Part shown: one piece after another, positions 28,042 to 42,394 of the stretch
How the letters are laid out: every line of letters starts with the position of its first letter
How positions within the stretch are numbered: the stretch's first letter is position 1
NCBI RefSeq assembly: GCF_009914755.1
Contig: NC_060929.1
Direction: 5' to 3' (one strand)
Length of the DNA: 64,000 nt
Source: the human T2T-CHM13v2.0 reference genome, Homo sapiens
Position numbers and translations under genes: made by a program
The notes under the pieces: model-generated
Told to the model about the DNA's origin: nothing
Databases searched by the model: none
Seen by the model: only the letters and a program-made list of their open reading frames with translations

Positions 28042-28887
28042 AGAACTTATCCAACATTTTTCAAGGAGCTTTGACTCACAAATTAATAGAATCTGGTTTA
28101 TTTTACCATTAGTAAAATAGTAATTTTTTTACTAATTAAAAAATTTTTACCTAGTGTGATCAACTTAGCCAACTCAGACAACCGTATCTACAAAAACTTC
28201 ATCTATAATAAATAATTATATATATATTTAATGCTTTAAATATAAAATATTGAGTTTATTAGAGATAACATATAACCCTATACCATTTATGTTTCAGTTA
28301 AATAAATATTATTTAAACAAATAAAAAATAGAATTAGGGAACAAGGGCAATTAGCAGTAATAATGGCAGGACTGGTTATACTAATACCATCTGTGAGAAA
28401 ATTATAATATTTTAAAATGTTTCCTTCTTTAAAATGCAATTAATTTTACCTCTTTATTTTTATGTACATTTCTGTGTCTGATTAATTTTGCTCCTAATTA
28501 TGTTTGCAAGATTCATTTTCTGGTATGCCTCTAGTTCACTCATTTTCTAGACTATTGAGTGTTACATAAATTCCAAAATTAACTTACATTTTAATGTTCT
28601 TATTTATATTATTTCTAGCTTTAAGCTATTATAAAAATTGCTGTTGCATGAATGCATACATGCACAAAATTCCTGTATTTCTGTTGACTATTTACCTAGA
28701 AAGGATAGATATGCTGTATTATAGGTTATGTAAGATATTATCTGCAAAGATGGTCACCAACAATTCCTTTCATGTTTGAATGTTTTTTAACTCTTTCGAA
28801 ACTCTTCATTATATATTTAAATCATATAGGCTATACTACTGAGCATTCTTGACACATAAATGTAAGACTTCTTCAGAAGAGAACATA

Positions 28888-29266
28888 CTATAGGGACAGT
28901 AAAAAGACCAGTGGTTGTCATGGGCTGGGGGGAGGGAGGAATGAATAGGTGTAATGCATAGTATATTTAGGACAGTGAAACTACTCTGTATGATACCCTA
29001 ATGGTGGATATGTATCATTCCACATTTGTCCAAACTCATAAAATATACAACATACAGAATGAAATAATGTAAACTATGGACTATGGGTGATTAAGATGTA
29101 TCAATTAATTTTATCAGTTATAGCAAATGTATCTCCTAATGGGATATGTTTATATTGGGGGAGGCTGTGCACGTGTGGGGGAAGTGATTATATGGGAAAT
29201 CTCTATAACTTCTGCTCAATTTTGAGAGTGGATCTACAGCTGCTGTAAAAATCAAGTCTGTTAAAA
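28888..29266 (+). mobile_element. L1MC1/2-like 3' end, 5'-truncated
   Basis: CAGTAAAAAGACCAGTGGTTG...GGGAAATCTCTATAACTTCTGCTCAATTTT...GTCTGTTAAAAA. Flanked by AGAAGAGAACATA (28875-28887) and AGATCAGAACATA (29267-29279). Confidence 0.8.
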
Positions 29267-29279
29267 AGATCAGAACATA

Positions 29280-31410
29280 AATACTAAGGGATTAATTAAA
29301 GAGATATTACCTATACTTAATAACGAGTAACAATGACATTTCTTTATATCCAATGGCAAGATTGACTATGTTTTAGTTTTTCTTTTTCCTTTTCCAATAA
29401 TACTTCTCTAAATTGACTGAAGCATTTAGAAAATCCTTCTTTTCTTTTATGTAGTGTGAAATTTCAATTCAGTCAAACAGAAAATTCATTTTGACTTATA
29501 GCTCTGCTCTTATCAAGATAACAGTACACTGATTTCTGGTGTCAGTCCAATGTAATGACTTCAAGCTAAATAGTCTCTCAACAAAATCATTTGAGAATGA
29601 AATATTTAGGATTTTACCTACTAGCAAGAGCAGGTTAGGCTTGTAGGAATCCTTTTTCATTACTCTAAAAATTTTTATCCACACTATATCTACAGGCTTG
29701 TTTTGTAGACTAGCTGTTTGTTAATCAGTTTCTTTGTGTCTATTCATTATATGTGCTATTCATGTCTAAAATGCCCATCATGTTTAAACACTGTGAAGCA
29801 TATTGAATGTTTTCATAAGCTAAGCTTCTATTTTTCAGTGAAATTTGTTCAGAAAAAGAGAGGTAATTTGAACTCTTGAATTGAAGCTGGATTCCAAATA
29901 AGTTATAATTTTAATAAAGAAGTTTAGAAAGTCTTAAGTTTGCTGGTGGCTCATGATGTGTGTATGTGTGTGTGTGTGTGAGTGTGCGCGCGTGTTCAAA
30001 AACAATCTTATTTCTTAAAAAAAAGAATCATTTTATTTTTACTGCCTGGGTTTTGTTGTAACCTACACTAACATCAAACACTCAGGTGAAATCAATTCAT
30101 CTTTTTTAGAATGCTTCCTTACGGCTGCTTCAAAAATCATCAAATAGTTTTTGAGAAATAGCATATACATTGTTTATCTTACTGTAATCCTTTTTCTCCA
30201 TTCTTATTCTCAATGTGTTTTCAAAATAAAGAATAACATTCTTCTTGTTCTGCACTTTGGAAATGTGATTTCATATTAGGTCGGTATTGTAATATTTATT
30301 CTATCAGTGGCCGCAGTGATAGCGGTCTCCTAGGCACACATCTAGAAGTTTATCTTCTTCCATTTTTATAACGCAAAAAAGTCTCAAGAAATGTTTCCCC
30401 AAGTTTTTAGGAAACCAAAATGTCCCCCCAAATTATCGTTATGACATCCTTACTATCACAGGTGCACAAATCACACCCCTTTTTAGGAGTGAAGGCTATA
30501 AAGTTTAGAGGATATTTAGTACATAAGACCTTTTCTCTTTATTTCTTAACTCTATAGTTAAACGAAATTTGCCAAAATTTGTATTTTTACTTTTTATTGA
30601 ATATACATATTGTTGGACAAAGTCTAGTTTATATTGGCCAAGATATCAGTGATCTTTTATTTTATGTTTTCTGCAGCTTTATTAAAATTTTTTAGAAATA
30701 GATTATATAAAGCTCTGTTTTTTAAACCAAAATCTGTAAGGGGAGTTTTATTGTTGCTCTGATTTGACACATTAGTTGATATACTGTAGAAAGCATGATT
30801 GTTAATAATGTCTGACATATCAGCTGTATTTGTAGAAGGCAAACACACTTCTTATCAAATCCCCCCTTTCTTTATACTCAGGTGCAACCTCTGAATCAGG
30901 AAATGTTGCTTTACCCAGATTCGTGAAGTAATCAAGGAAACTATATAATAATGTTTATTTGCTCATGTGGTACACACACATTAACTCAGCTGGCGTTGTT
31001 TGCGACTGAGCCTTATATGGGAGACAAAAACCTTTGCTTGATTTAAAAGTACATAGGTCTCATCCTAGAACTGTGATTGTCAGTATAAACATGTATTTCT
31101 ATATCCACTTCTTCACCATGTCCAATCCCAAATTCCTTTCTGCATATTTTGCAATATACTCTGTCGTGATTTTTTATTTCCCAAATTCAGTTGCATATGA
31201 CCTTCCATCTATCAGTAAAATAACAGATCTATTTAGCCTGCATTTATGGTGATGTATGGATCATGCTGGCATTGGTATTTTAATGGTTCTCATTTTCATT
31301 ATTTGAACTTTTATAAAACATGATCATGATCACAATATTCAAATTATGAAAGTATCACTATACTGATAGCATAACATTTTATGTGCAGGCAATGTCAAAG
31401 GACTGTTAAC
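29280..31410 (-). mobile_element. Fossil hAT DNA transposon with degraded transposase (Blackjack-like)
   Basis: Minus-strand peptides in hAT order: FYSISTNVSN (first catalytic strand, ~30790), NTNFGK (~30570), CVPRRPLSLRPLIE.ILQYRPNMKSHF (TRW-like region, ~30300) and SNDFVERLFSLKSLHWTDTRN...IRAEL (C-terminal hATC motif, ORF 29496..29684). Boundaries approximate. Confidence 0.72.
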
Positions 31411-32090
31411 ACCAAGGATTACAATGCACTTAAATTGTGCACTTAAGTCTCATTACTTATAGTGATGCAACAGTGGATGATCCGTTATTGCAAGACACAA
31501 ATTACCTTCCCAACATCATCTTTTAAAGAACAAAACAGCAACAGTAACTATGCAAGATGGAAAATCCTTGCCCTATCCATTTAATACTGAAAATATGTTA
31601 CTTTTAGCTCTTGTTTTGGGGCTGGCTACTGTATGGGTTTTGTATTCTCTCTACTCCACGTCCTACCTCCCCACACACCTCCACACCACTGCATTCATAC
31701 CTCAAAATGGGTACATTTTGAATCCCAGTTAGGGATATGCTGTGACACTGAATTTTCAGTGCTAAGACAAAATCATTCCTGGGAAAACCAAGAAAATTGT
31801 TCTCCCTGTTCTCCCTACCTTATGACAAGTATACACTGCAAAGGGTCCTCTGCAGATAAGATATCTTTCTCTAAGCAAATATTAGTATTATGTTTTTCCA
31901 GAGATCTGATTGACATAAAAATTGTACTTGGTTATCTGTCTCCCTTCTACTTCATTGAGAATCCCTCTATGTAAAGGTCTTGAATGAATCATAGTGCAGC
32001 TCCTTTAGCTCCTTCCTCTTTATATGGAGATATAAAAATTATATCGACATATCCGTATGTGTATACACACATATGTTACACACAAACTAA

Positions 32091-32387
<297 letters not shown>

Positions 32388-32575
32388 GTTTATTTTTATT
32401 AATGGAATTCTTACCAAAGAGGAAAAAATAGTATAATGAACCAACAATTATCTACTCATGGCCATTCTCTAAGAGTTTAAGACTCACTTTTCAAATACAA
32501 CCACAATATTATCACAATATCACAACAAAAAGAAAAAAATACAATAATAGTTTACTAGCGTGCGATATCTCATTT

Positions 32576-33394
32576 TGATAGAAGCAGTAGGCAGATAAAT
32601 CCCAGGCAGACACGGGGGAGTCCCTGGTGAAACCCCACCTTCAAGCCAAAAAGCCTGAAACACACGGTCCAAAGTGAGAACTTCTGTTCCTCTTTGCCCA
32701 CTCTCTCCCAATTGGTTATTTCTGAATAATGCCCTTTTGCCAATCAAATGTTGCCTTTTCCAAAACTACCTACGGCTTGCCCCCATCCTGTGCCTATAAA
32801 GACCCAGACTCAGTCATTAGAGAAGAGAGGGGTGGCTTGACTGGAGAGAGGTGACTTGACTTCAGGGAAGAGACAGCCAGACTTTGGGGAAGAGATGGCC
32901 GGACTTCGGGGGAAGTCAACCTGCCTGTCCTGTCCCCTCTCCAGCTCTCCTCTCCACTAAGCCATTTCCATCTCTAAATAAGATTCTCCACCTTCACCAT
33001 CATTCAGATGTCTGTGCAACCTCATTCTTCTTGGGTGCCGAACAAAACCTCAGGACCCACCAAGTGGGGTTACCCAAAAAAGGCTGTCACACTGGCCCCT
33101 TGCCCTCACAGGCAGAGGGCAACTTCCCCACAGGACAAGGCAGGGGGCCAACTGAGCTGATAATACACTGCTGTCTGTGGACGGCAGTGCTAAGAGACCA
33201 CTGTAACACACCCTCTGGGGCTTTGGGGTCACAGGCACTCCCACCTGGACACCTCTGCAGGCCCCTCGTCGTGCGGCCAGCCTCACTTGCTCACCTCACG
33301 TGCTCCCTCCTGTAAGAGGTTGAGTATGGCAGGCCAAGTAAACATGACACCACTATTGCAAGTCTGATGAAGGGGTCACAAAAATCATGCATCC
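32576..33394 (+). mobile_element. Solo ERV1 LTR (MER50-like)
   Basis: Starts TGATAGAAGCAGTAGGCAGA...GGTGAAACCCCACCTTCAAGCC. CCAAT boxes, TATA-like CCTATAAA at ~32794, ends AAAATCATGCATC. Confidence 0.8.
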
Positions 33395-33399
33395 ACTGG

Positions 33400-34310
33400 T
33401 GTTCAAATAGCCCTGATTTTCACATACATATATTTCTTTACAATTTTTATAAATCAATAATTTTGCTTTTTCTATTTTAATTTTTTTGCAATGTGCTTGT
33501 TAAAGAGACAAGTTGTTTTATCCTGTAGTTTCTTAAATTCTGAATCTTGCTGATTGTATCAGTACAGTGATTATATTACAGTTCCACTCTCCCTCAAATT
33601 TTCTGTAAACTGGTAGTTGTATGTAAAGGTTTCACTATATTTTGGTTTTTTTTTTTTTTTTTTTGGAAAATAACTTTACAAGTGAAATAGAAGAATACAC
33701 ATTAAATGATTTTTCTCTTTTTTTGGTGTTAGCAGTGATTGATATTCATTGCCTAGATTCATTATTTTATTCTTTAGTAACTTGCAAAGTGGTAATGTCC
33801 AAATTCTATTTTTTTCTACTTCATTCAGCAGCAATACCTCTGAAAGTTGAAACCTCTCATCTTTAACTTTTTTATTTTATTCACATGTAATTACTAGAGG
33901 AAAGGCAAAAAAGTGCTTATTTTTTGTTGGTAGTTTGTGTCTTTTTTTTTTAACTTTTTCAAGTTTTCAAAATAAGTTGGTTTCCTGGTAAATATCCCAA
34001 GATACTCAGCAATTTTTACCATTATTATCTTATGAACTAAATATATTTTATGTGTTGTGATATGTTTCAGATATCTTACTGCTGCTCAATTTTTCCAAAT
34101 TAGCTAGTGGAAATCTTTTGAAGTTGGCCCCTGAGTCCTTTAGTGCTAAAATAATATTAACCTTTGAAAGTTTTCCTGCTTTGTGTCCTGACAAAATGTT
34201 CCATGTACTCATTTTGTATTTTCTTCCCCAGGCTTGGAATAAATTGTTTGCTTAAAGAACACTGGTTCTTTTAGTGAAAGATTGTATTTGGAAAATAAAA
34301 TCTGATCTTC
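33400..34310 (-). mobile_element. Old L1M (L1MC/ME) 3' region relic
   Basis: AGCTAGTGGAAATCTTTTGAAGTTGGCCCCTGAGTCCTT and CTTAAAGAACACTGGTTCTTTTAGTGAAAG resemble antisense L1MC 3' ends. Confidence 0.55.
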
Positions 34311-34429
34311 TGGAAACAAAGGCACATTTTATATGTGACTTTTGGACACAAACACAAAAAACCTCTCCAATTAAAAATGACATTTAAGCAAAAACATGCT
34401 TTATTTTTTCTCTTTAGCACAGTAGTCTT

Positions 34430-34700
34430 TTTTTTTCTTCCTTTGTTTGAGACAGTGTCTCTCTCTGTCACCCAGGCAATCTTGGTTCACTACAACCTCC
34501 ACCTACTGGTTTCAAGCATTTTTCATGCCTCAGCCACCCAAGTAGCTGAGATTACAGGGTTTACCACCGCATCCAGCTAATTTTTGTACTTTTAGTTGTC
34601 ACGAGATTTCACTGTGTTGGCCAGGCTGATCTCAAACTCCTGACCTTAAGTGATCCGCCCACCTTGGTCACCCAAAATACTGGGGTGACTGCACCCAGCT
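34430..34700 (-). mobile_element. Diverged Alu (AluJ/S) with TSD ACAGTAGTCTT
   Basis: Antisense Alu with small deletions. TSD at 34419-34429 and 34701-34711. Confidence 0.88.
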
Positions 34701-34754
34701 ACAGTAGTCTTATTCAATGAAAATTTATGATATATATCTCTCTGCAAACTAGGA

Positions 34755-35115
34755 ATACAAAAGAACTTTCTCAAACTGATGAGCATCCATGAAATACTTA
34801 CCACTAACATTACACTTAGTGGTAAAAGATTGAATGTTTTCCCCTAAGACTTGGGATTCAGGTACTGATGTGCTTACTCAACACTTATATGCAAGATTTT
34901 CCTGAATGTACTAATCCGTGCAATAAGGCAAGAATACAAAATTAAAGTACATATTGGGAATAAAATGTAAACTTTTATTCTCAGACAAAATGATCACATA
35001 CATAAAAATTCCTAACGATTTTACCCAAAAAGTCACAGAAACTAAGTATAGTACAGTCACAGGACACAAGGTCAGTAACAGAGTCAGTGATATTTCTACA
35101 AGAAAATGAAATTAA
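34755..35115 (+). mobile_element. L1M ORF2 (RT region) fragment
   Basis: GGTAAAAGATTGAATGTTTTCCCCTAAGA, GCAATAAGGCAAGAA and TTATTCTCAGACAAAATGATC are degenerate L1 RT coding motifs. Confidence 0.7.
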
Positions 35116-36665
<1,550 letters not shown>

Positions 36666-36669
36666 ATGA

Positions 36670-36931
36670 TATGCTAATAAATGCAGCAATGTGGATGAAT
36701 CTCAAAAACGTTATATTAAGCAAATGAAGCCAGAACAGAAGGCTACATACTGTATGATTACATTTATAGGAAACCCTAGAAATGACAAATCTAATCTATA
36801 TTGAGAGAAGTAAAGCAGTGGTTTTCTGGGACTGGGGAGGGAGAAATTAAATGGAAAAGATCACTAAAGTTCTTTTATCAGTGATGGAAATATTTCATAT
36901 TCTAATTTGGTGGTGGTTACACAAATATATA

Positions 36932-36966
<35 letters not shown>

Positions 36967-37442
36967 TGCCAGGAGGTGGGAAGTGCCTACATATATTAAA
37001 TGCAATTTTTCTAGAAAAGTATGTTTTTTCTTTTCCTCTATTCATATATTTATTCAATCATTTGTATATAAGTATAAACTTAGGGATATTTACGTGTTCG
37101 AATATAATATAATACATTATTTATTTTGTTGCTCAAATTGTTCTAGATTTATCCTTAAGGAGCTCTTGCAAGTTGGCTCTGGTCTCCATTTGAGATACCC
37201 CATACTTTTGATTTTATAAATCTTCCTTGTTTTATTTCTAAAGCACGTCCTTAAAAATTGTGAGCATTATATTTAAGTACTTGTTTACTTTCTGGTGCTC
37301 TAGCTTTATTTTATATATATATATATATTTACATTTTTATATTTATATTTATATTTATTATATATATTTATATACTGATAAAAATAAAGACTTAAATGGG
37401 TGCATTTCATTGCATGTAAACTGAGTCTTATTAAAGTTGATT
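36670..37442 (+). mobile_element. L1ME/L1MB-like 3' end, split by (TA)n and the inverted insert
   Basis: GGATGAATCTCAAAAACGTTATATTAAG...GGTGGTTACAC, then the insert, then CTTAAATGGGTGCATTTCATTGCATGTAAA...TTAAAGTTGATT. Confidence 0.75.
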
Positions 37443-38879
37443 AATAATTATTTTTTAGAGCCCCAATGTTCGCTTATTTTGGAAATGGTATATCTTGCTT
37501 TAATTTCCTTCTTTGAAGACATGACTATCTCCTTAAAATTTGGGCAGTTGTTCTTTCTTTCATTATTCAAATCTCAGCTACTTCATACAGTCTTTCCAAA
37601 AGCTCCAAACCCTCAGTGAACATCTTATCAAAATACTTAATGCACCTGTAATTATTTGATATAAAAATGAAATGTGTAAATTCATCTAAGGACTTTTTAC
37701 ATTTACTAAGATCTATCTTGAGTTATATTTTTGCATTTCTCAATATATTTTAAAATTTATTCTGAATTTCTGTAGTTGTATGGTTTCAGGATTTAGGGTT
37801 CTGTTAATACTCAGGTTTTGCAAACAGCAAACAAATGTTCAAGGATTATTTCTAGTCAGTTTTAATGCTGGTTGCTTTCACATATACAGTATTCATAAGA
37901 AATAGTAACCACTTTTATAATTTGGGATACTTACAAAAACTGTTCAGGCACTGTTTCAACTCAGAAAACCTGGAACTTGCAATCCCACTTAAACCATTCT
38001 TTATTGGCCTATCTCATAAGTGAAATTAATGCGAAGACCAAGGCCCTGTGCCTGTCAATTTATAATCTGCCAAAGTGCCAAACACTCCTTCATCTGATTT
38101 TAGAGAGAAAAGGATAAGATTAACGTTGCAACATATCATAAATGATTTTGATTTTTTATGCCAGAATTATATTTTATTAGTTTTTTTTCTTGAAATTTTA
38201 AATTATTGAAAAAGTGTTAGGCAAACATTTAATGTATATATTGGGTGTTTCCATATTCACTATTCTCTTTCTATATACATGCTTTAAAAATATTCAAATT
38301 CACAAATATAATTTGAAATATAAATTATGGTTCCACAGCTGGTACACAAAATTTGATAAAATGCAGAGATAAATATCACTTTATTATTGAAGAAATGTGT
38401 GTAGTAGTTCTCAATCTTTTATGATTGAAATTCACTTTTAAATGTTAAAAGCTGGACACTATATTTGAAAGAATTAAGTAATTCAAAACACCTCTGTACA
38501 ATTGAGCAATAACTACAATATTGTATTTGCTGCTAGTGTATAACAAAGTCTTATAATGTATATAAATACTCTAGTTACAGCAGTATTCAGTGTGTATTGT
38601 TTGTCTATGGAGTCACTTTGAAGGCATGCCACATAACCTCTCTGGGACATTGTTATAAGCATTTATAATGTAAATATATACAACTAAAGGATCTCCTGAA
38701 ATCTTTTTTATGAAAAAATCATTCTCCAAAAACTAATTTGATCTCTTTTCTCTTTATGTGTACATCTGGTATTTCATTTGTATGAAACTAAGCATATTCA
38801 ATTCTCATGAAAACAAAATTCTTGAGAAGGGAAGTGGCATGCTCCTGTTTTAAAGTTGTAGCAAAATGCAAATATGCAC

Positions 38880-41627
38880 TGTTTTAGGTTGAATTCTTTT
38901 CTCCCTGGTGTGGTTTGGCTCCCTGTCCCTACCCAAATTTCATCTTATGGCTCCCATGATTCCCACATGTTGTGGGAGAGACCTGATGGGAGATTATTGA
39001 CTCATGGGGTATGTCTTTCCCATGCTGTTCTTGTGATGGTGAATGGGTTTCGTGAGATCTCGTGGTTTTAAAAATGGGAGTTTCCCTGTGCAGGCTTTCT
39101 CTTTGCCTGCTGCCATCCATGTAAGATGAGACTTGCTCCTCCTTGCCTTTCACCTTCTGTCATGATTGTAAGGCCTCCTCAGCCACCTGGAATTTAAGTC
39201 CAATAAACCTCTTTCTTTTGTAAATTGCCCAGTCTCAGGTAAGTCTTTATCAGCAGCATGAAAATGGACTGATTCAGTAAATTGGTACCAGTAGAGTGGA
39301 GTGCTGCTGAAAAGATACCCAAAAATGTGGAAGCAACTTTGAAACTGGCTAACAGGCAGAGGTTGGAACAGTTTGGAGGGGTCAGAAGAAGACAGGAAAA
39401 GGTGGAAAAGTTTGGAACTCCCTAGAGACTTGTTGAATGGCTTTGACCAGAATGCGGATAATGATATGAACAGTGAAATCCAGGCTGAGGTGATCTCAGA
39501 CGGAGATGAGGAACTTGTTGGGAACTGGAGCAAAGGTGACTCTTCTTCTGTTTTAGCAAAAAGACTGGCAGCATTTTGTCCCTGCCCTAGAAAATTGTGG
39601 AACTTTGGACTTCAGAGAGATAATTTAGGTTAGGGTATCTGGCAGAAGAAATTTCTAAGCAGCAAAGCATTCAAGAGGTGACTTGGGTGTTGTTAAAAGC
39701 ATTCATTTTTATAAGGGAAGCAGAGCATAAAAGTTTAGAAAATTTGTAGCCTGACAATGCGATAGAAAAGAAAACCCCATTTTTCTGGTGAGAAGTTGAA
39801 GTATGCTGCAGAAATTAGCTTAAGTCATGAGCAGTCAAATGTTAATCCCCAAGGCAGTGGGGAAAATGTCTCCACGGCACGTCAGAGATCTTCATGGTAC
39901 CTCCTTCCATTACAGGCCTGGAGGCATAGGAATAAAAAGCGGTTTCACGGGCCAGGCCCAGGGTCCCTGTGCTGTGTGCAGCCTGGGGACTTGGTACCCT
40001 GCATGTCGGCTGCTCCAGCTGTGGCTGAAAGGGGCCAATGTAGAGCCTGGGCCATGGCATCAGAGGGTGCAAGCCCCAAGCCTTGGCAGCTTCCACGTGG
40101 TGTTGAGCCTGAGAGTGCACAGAAGTCAAGAAATGGGGATTTGGAATCTCCACCTAGATTTCAGAAGATATATGGAAATGCCTGGATTCCCAGGCAGAAG
40201 TTTGCTGCAGGGGCAGGGTCCTCCTGGAGAACCTCTGCTAGGATAGTGCAGAAGGGAAATGTGGGGTCAGAGCTCCACACAGAGTCCCTACTGGGGCTAG
40301 TGGAGCACTGCCTGGTGCAGCTGTGAGAAGAGGGCCACCATCCTCTAGACCCCAGAATGGTAGATCTTCCCACAGCTTGCACGGTGCACCTGGAAAATCT
40401 GCAGACACTCAATGCCAGCCTGAGAAAGCAGCCAGGATGGGGGCTATACCTTGCAAAGCCACAGGGATGGAGCTGTCCAAGGCTGTGGGGGCCCACCTCT
40501 TACATCAGTGTGACTTGGATGTGTGACATGGAATCAAAGGAGATCATTTTGGAGCTTTAAGATTTGACTGCCCCGTTGGATTGTGGACTTGCATGGAGCC
40601 TGCAGCCCCTTTATTTTGGCCAATTTCTCCCATTTGAAATGGCTGTATTTACCCAATGCCTGTACCCCCATTGTATCTAGGAAGTAACTTACGTGCTTTT
40701 GATTTTGGAGGCTCATAGGTGGAAGGTACTTGCCTTGCCTCAGGTGAGACTTTGGACTGTGGACTTTTTGGTTAATGCTAAAATGAGACATTGGCGGACT
40801 TTGGGAAGGGATGATTGGCTTTGAAATGTGAAGACATGACATTTGGAAGGGGCCAGAGCAGAATAATGAGGATAATGTGGTTTGGTTCTGTGTCCCCACC
40901 CAAATCTCATCTTGTGGCTCTCACGATTCCTGTGGGTTGTGGAAGAGACCTGGTGATGATTGAATATGTGGGTGGATCTTTCCCGTGCTCTTCTCCTGAT
41001 GGTGAGTAGGTCTCATGAGATCTGATGATTTTAAAAGTGGAGTTTCCCTGTGTAGGCTCTCTCTTTTCCTGCCGTCATCCCTGTAAGACGTAACTTGTGC
41101 CTCCTTGCCTTTCACTTTCTGCCATGATTGTGAGGTCTCCCCAGCCACATGGAACTGTAAGTCCAATTAAACTTTGTCTTTTGTAAATTGTCCAGTTTCA
41201 GATATGTCTTTATCAGCAATGTGAGAATGGACTCTCCCAATAATATGTTGATGTCGTAACTCCTAGTAACTGTGAATGTGACCTTATTTGGAAATAGGAA
41301 CTTTGCAGATATAAAGTTAAGATAAGGCTATTAGAATGGTCCTGGATTCAGTATAACTGGTGTCCTTATAAGAAGGGAAATTTGGACACAAAAACTCATA
41401 TGAACAGAGAGAACACAGTGGAAGTGTGTGCTGGAGTGATGTATCTACAAGCCAAGGAACTCTAAAGTTTGCCAAGTACAGACACTAGAGCCTTCAGGAA
41501 GGGCATGGTCCTACTGACACCATGATTCCACACTTCTAGTCTTCAGAACTCTGATAAAATAAGCTTCAGTTGTTTTAAGCCACCCAGTTTTGGGTACTTG
41601 GTAATGGCAGCCCTAGCAGACTAATGA
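38880..41627 (+). mobile_element. MLT1B/C solo LTR (38880-38905 and 41234-41627) interrupted by the THE1 element
   Basis: TGTTTTAGGTTGAATT start. Resumes with GAATGTGACCTTATTTGGAAATAGG...GCCACCCAGTTTTGGGTACTTGGTAATGGCAGCCCTAGCAGACTAAT. Confidence 0.8.
38906..41233 (+). mobile_element. Complete THE1 (THE1B-like) MaLR element: 5'LTR 38906-39276, internal 39277-40872, 3'LTR 40873-41233
   Basis: Two homologous LTRs. The internal region starts GTAAATTGGTACCAG and encodes the MaLR peptide SEEDRKRWKSLELPRDLLNGFDQNADNDM. Purine tract before the 3'LTR. 5-bp TSD CTCCC at 38901-38905 and 41234-41238. Confidence 0.95.
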
Positions 41628-41746
41628 ACTCACAATTATTATTATTCTCTATTTAAACTTAAAAAGATTCACAGAGGAATAACATGGCCATTTACTGTGT
41701 TAACAAGTAGATGGCATTTTTTTATGTTACTCTAGAAAAAGGGCAT

Positions 41747-42167
41747 TACATTGGTTTTGTTTCCTGTAACAAATTACCACAAATGGGATGACTTAAAACA
41801 ACATAAATGTTTCCCCTACAATTCTGGAGGCCAGAAGTTTAAAACCAAGATGTCAGCAGAACCATACTCCCTTTGATGGTGACTGTCAGCATTCCTTGAC
41901 TTGGGGACACATCACTCCAATCTCTGCCTCCATGGTCACATGGCCTCCTCTTAAATCTGTCAAACATACCTTGGCCTCATTCTTACTTGTCATTGGGTTT
42001 AGGGTCCATATGGATAATTCAAGATAAACTCATCCTCTCAGAATCCTTAATTTACTTACCACATAAGTTTTGCTATATAAGTTAACATTTGCTATTTTAC
42101 CATTCACAGGTTCTGGAGATTAGAACATGGGCATATCTATTTTGAGACTAACTTTCAGCCCACTGCA
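41747..42167 (-). mobile_element. MLT1C-like solo LTR
   Basis: CTGTAACAAATTACCACAAA...ATTCTGGAGGCCAGAAG...CATTCACAGGTTCTGGAGATTAGAACATGGGCATATC. Confidence 0.85.
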
Positions 42168-42394
42168 GCATACAACTCTTAATACATAAAGATTAACCAC
42201 ATCCATGCTTCTAATTCTTTAATGATATTATTAAACATCCACCATATTTTCCAATGTACAGTTTCTTATAAGAGTAATTTAAACCTAAAAATGACTACCA
42301 AATGCAATAACTATATTCTTTTTTAAAATTGAATATTTTGCACATTTTCTGCAATGAAGATACAGAATGCTTAAAATTGTAGTTTTATTAGTTA

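Noticed and set aside
32884-33315. 143-aa ORF
   Set aside because: Lies wholly inside a GC-rich solo LTR, has a non-ATG start and shows no recognisable domain.
39150-41166. Dense cluster of overlapping ORFs up to 176 aa
   Set aside because: All are frames through the GC-richer THE1 internal region and LTRs. The MaLR ORF is broken by stops.
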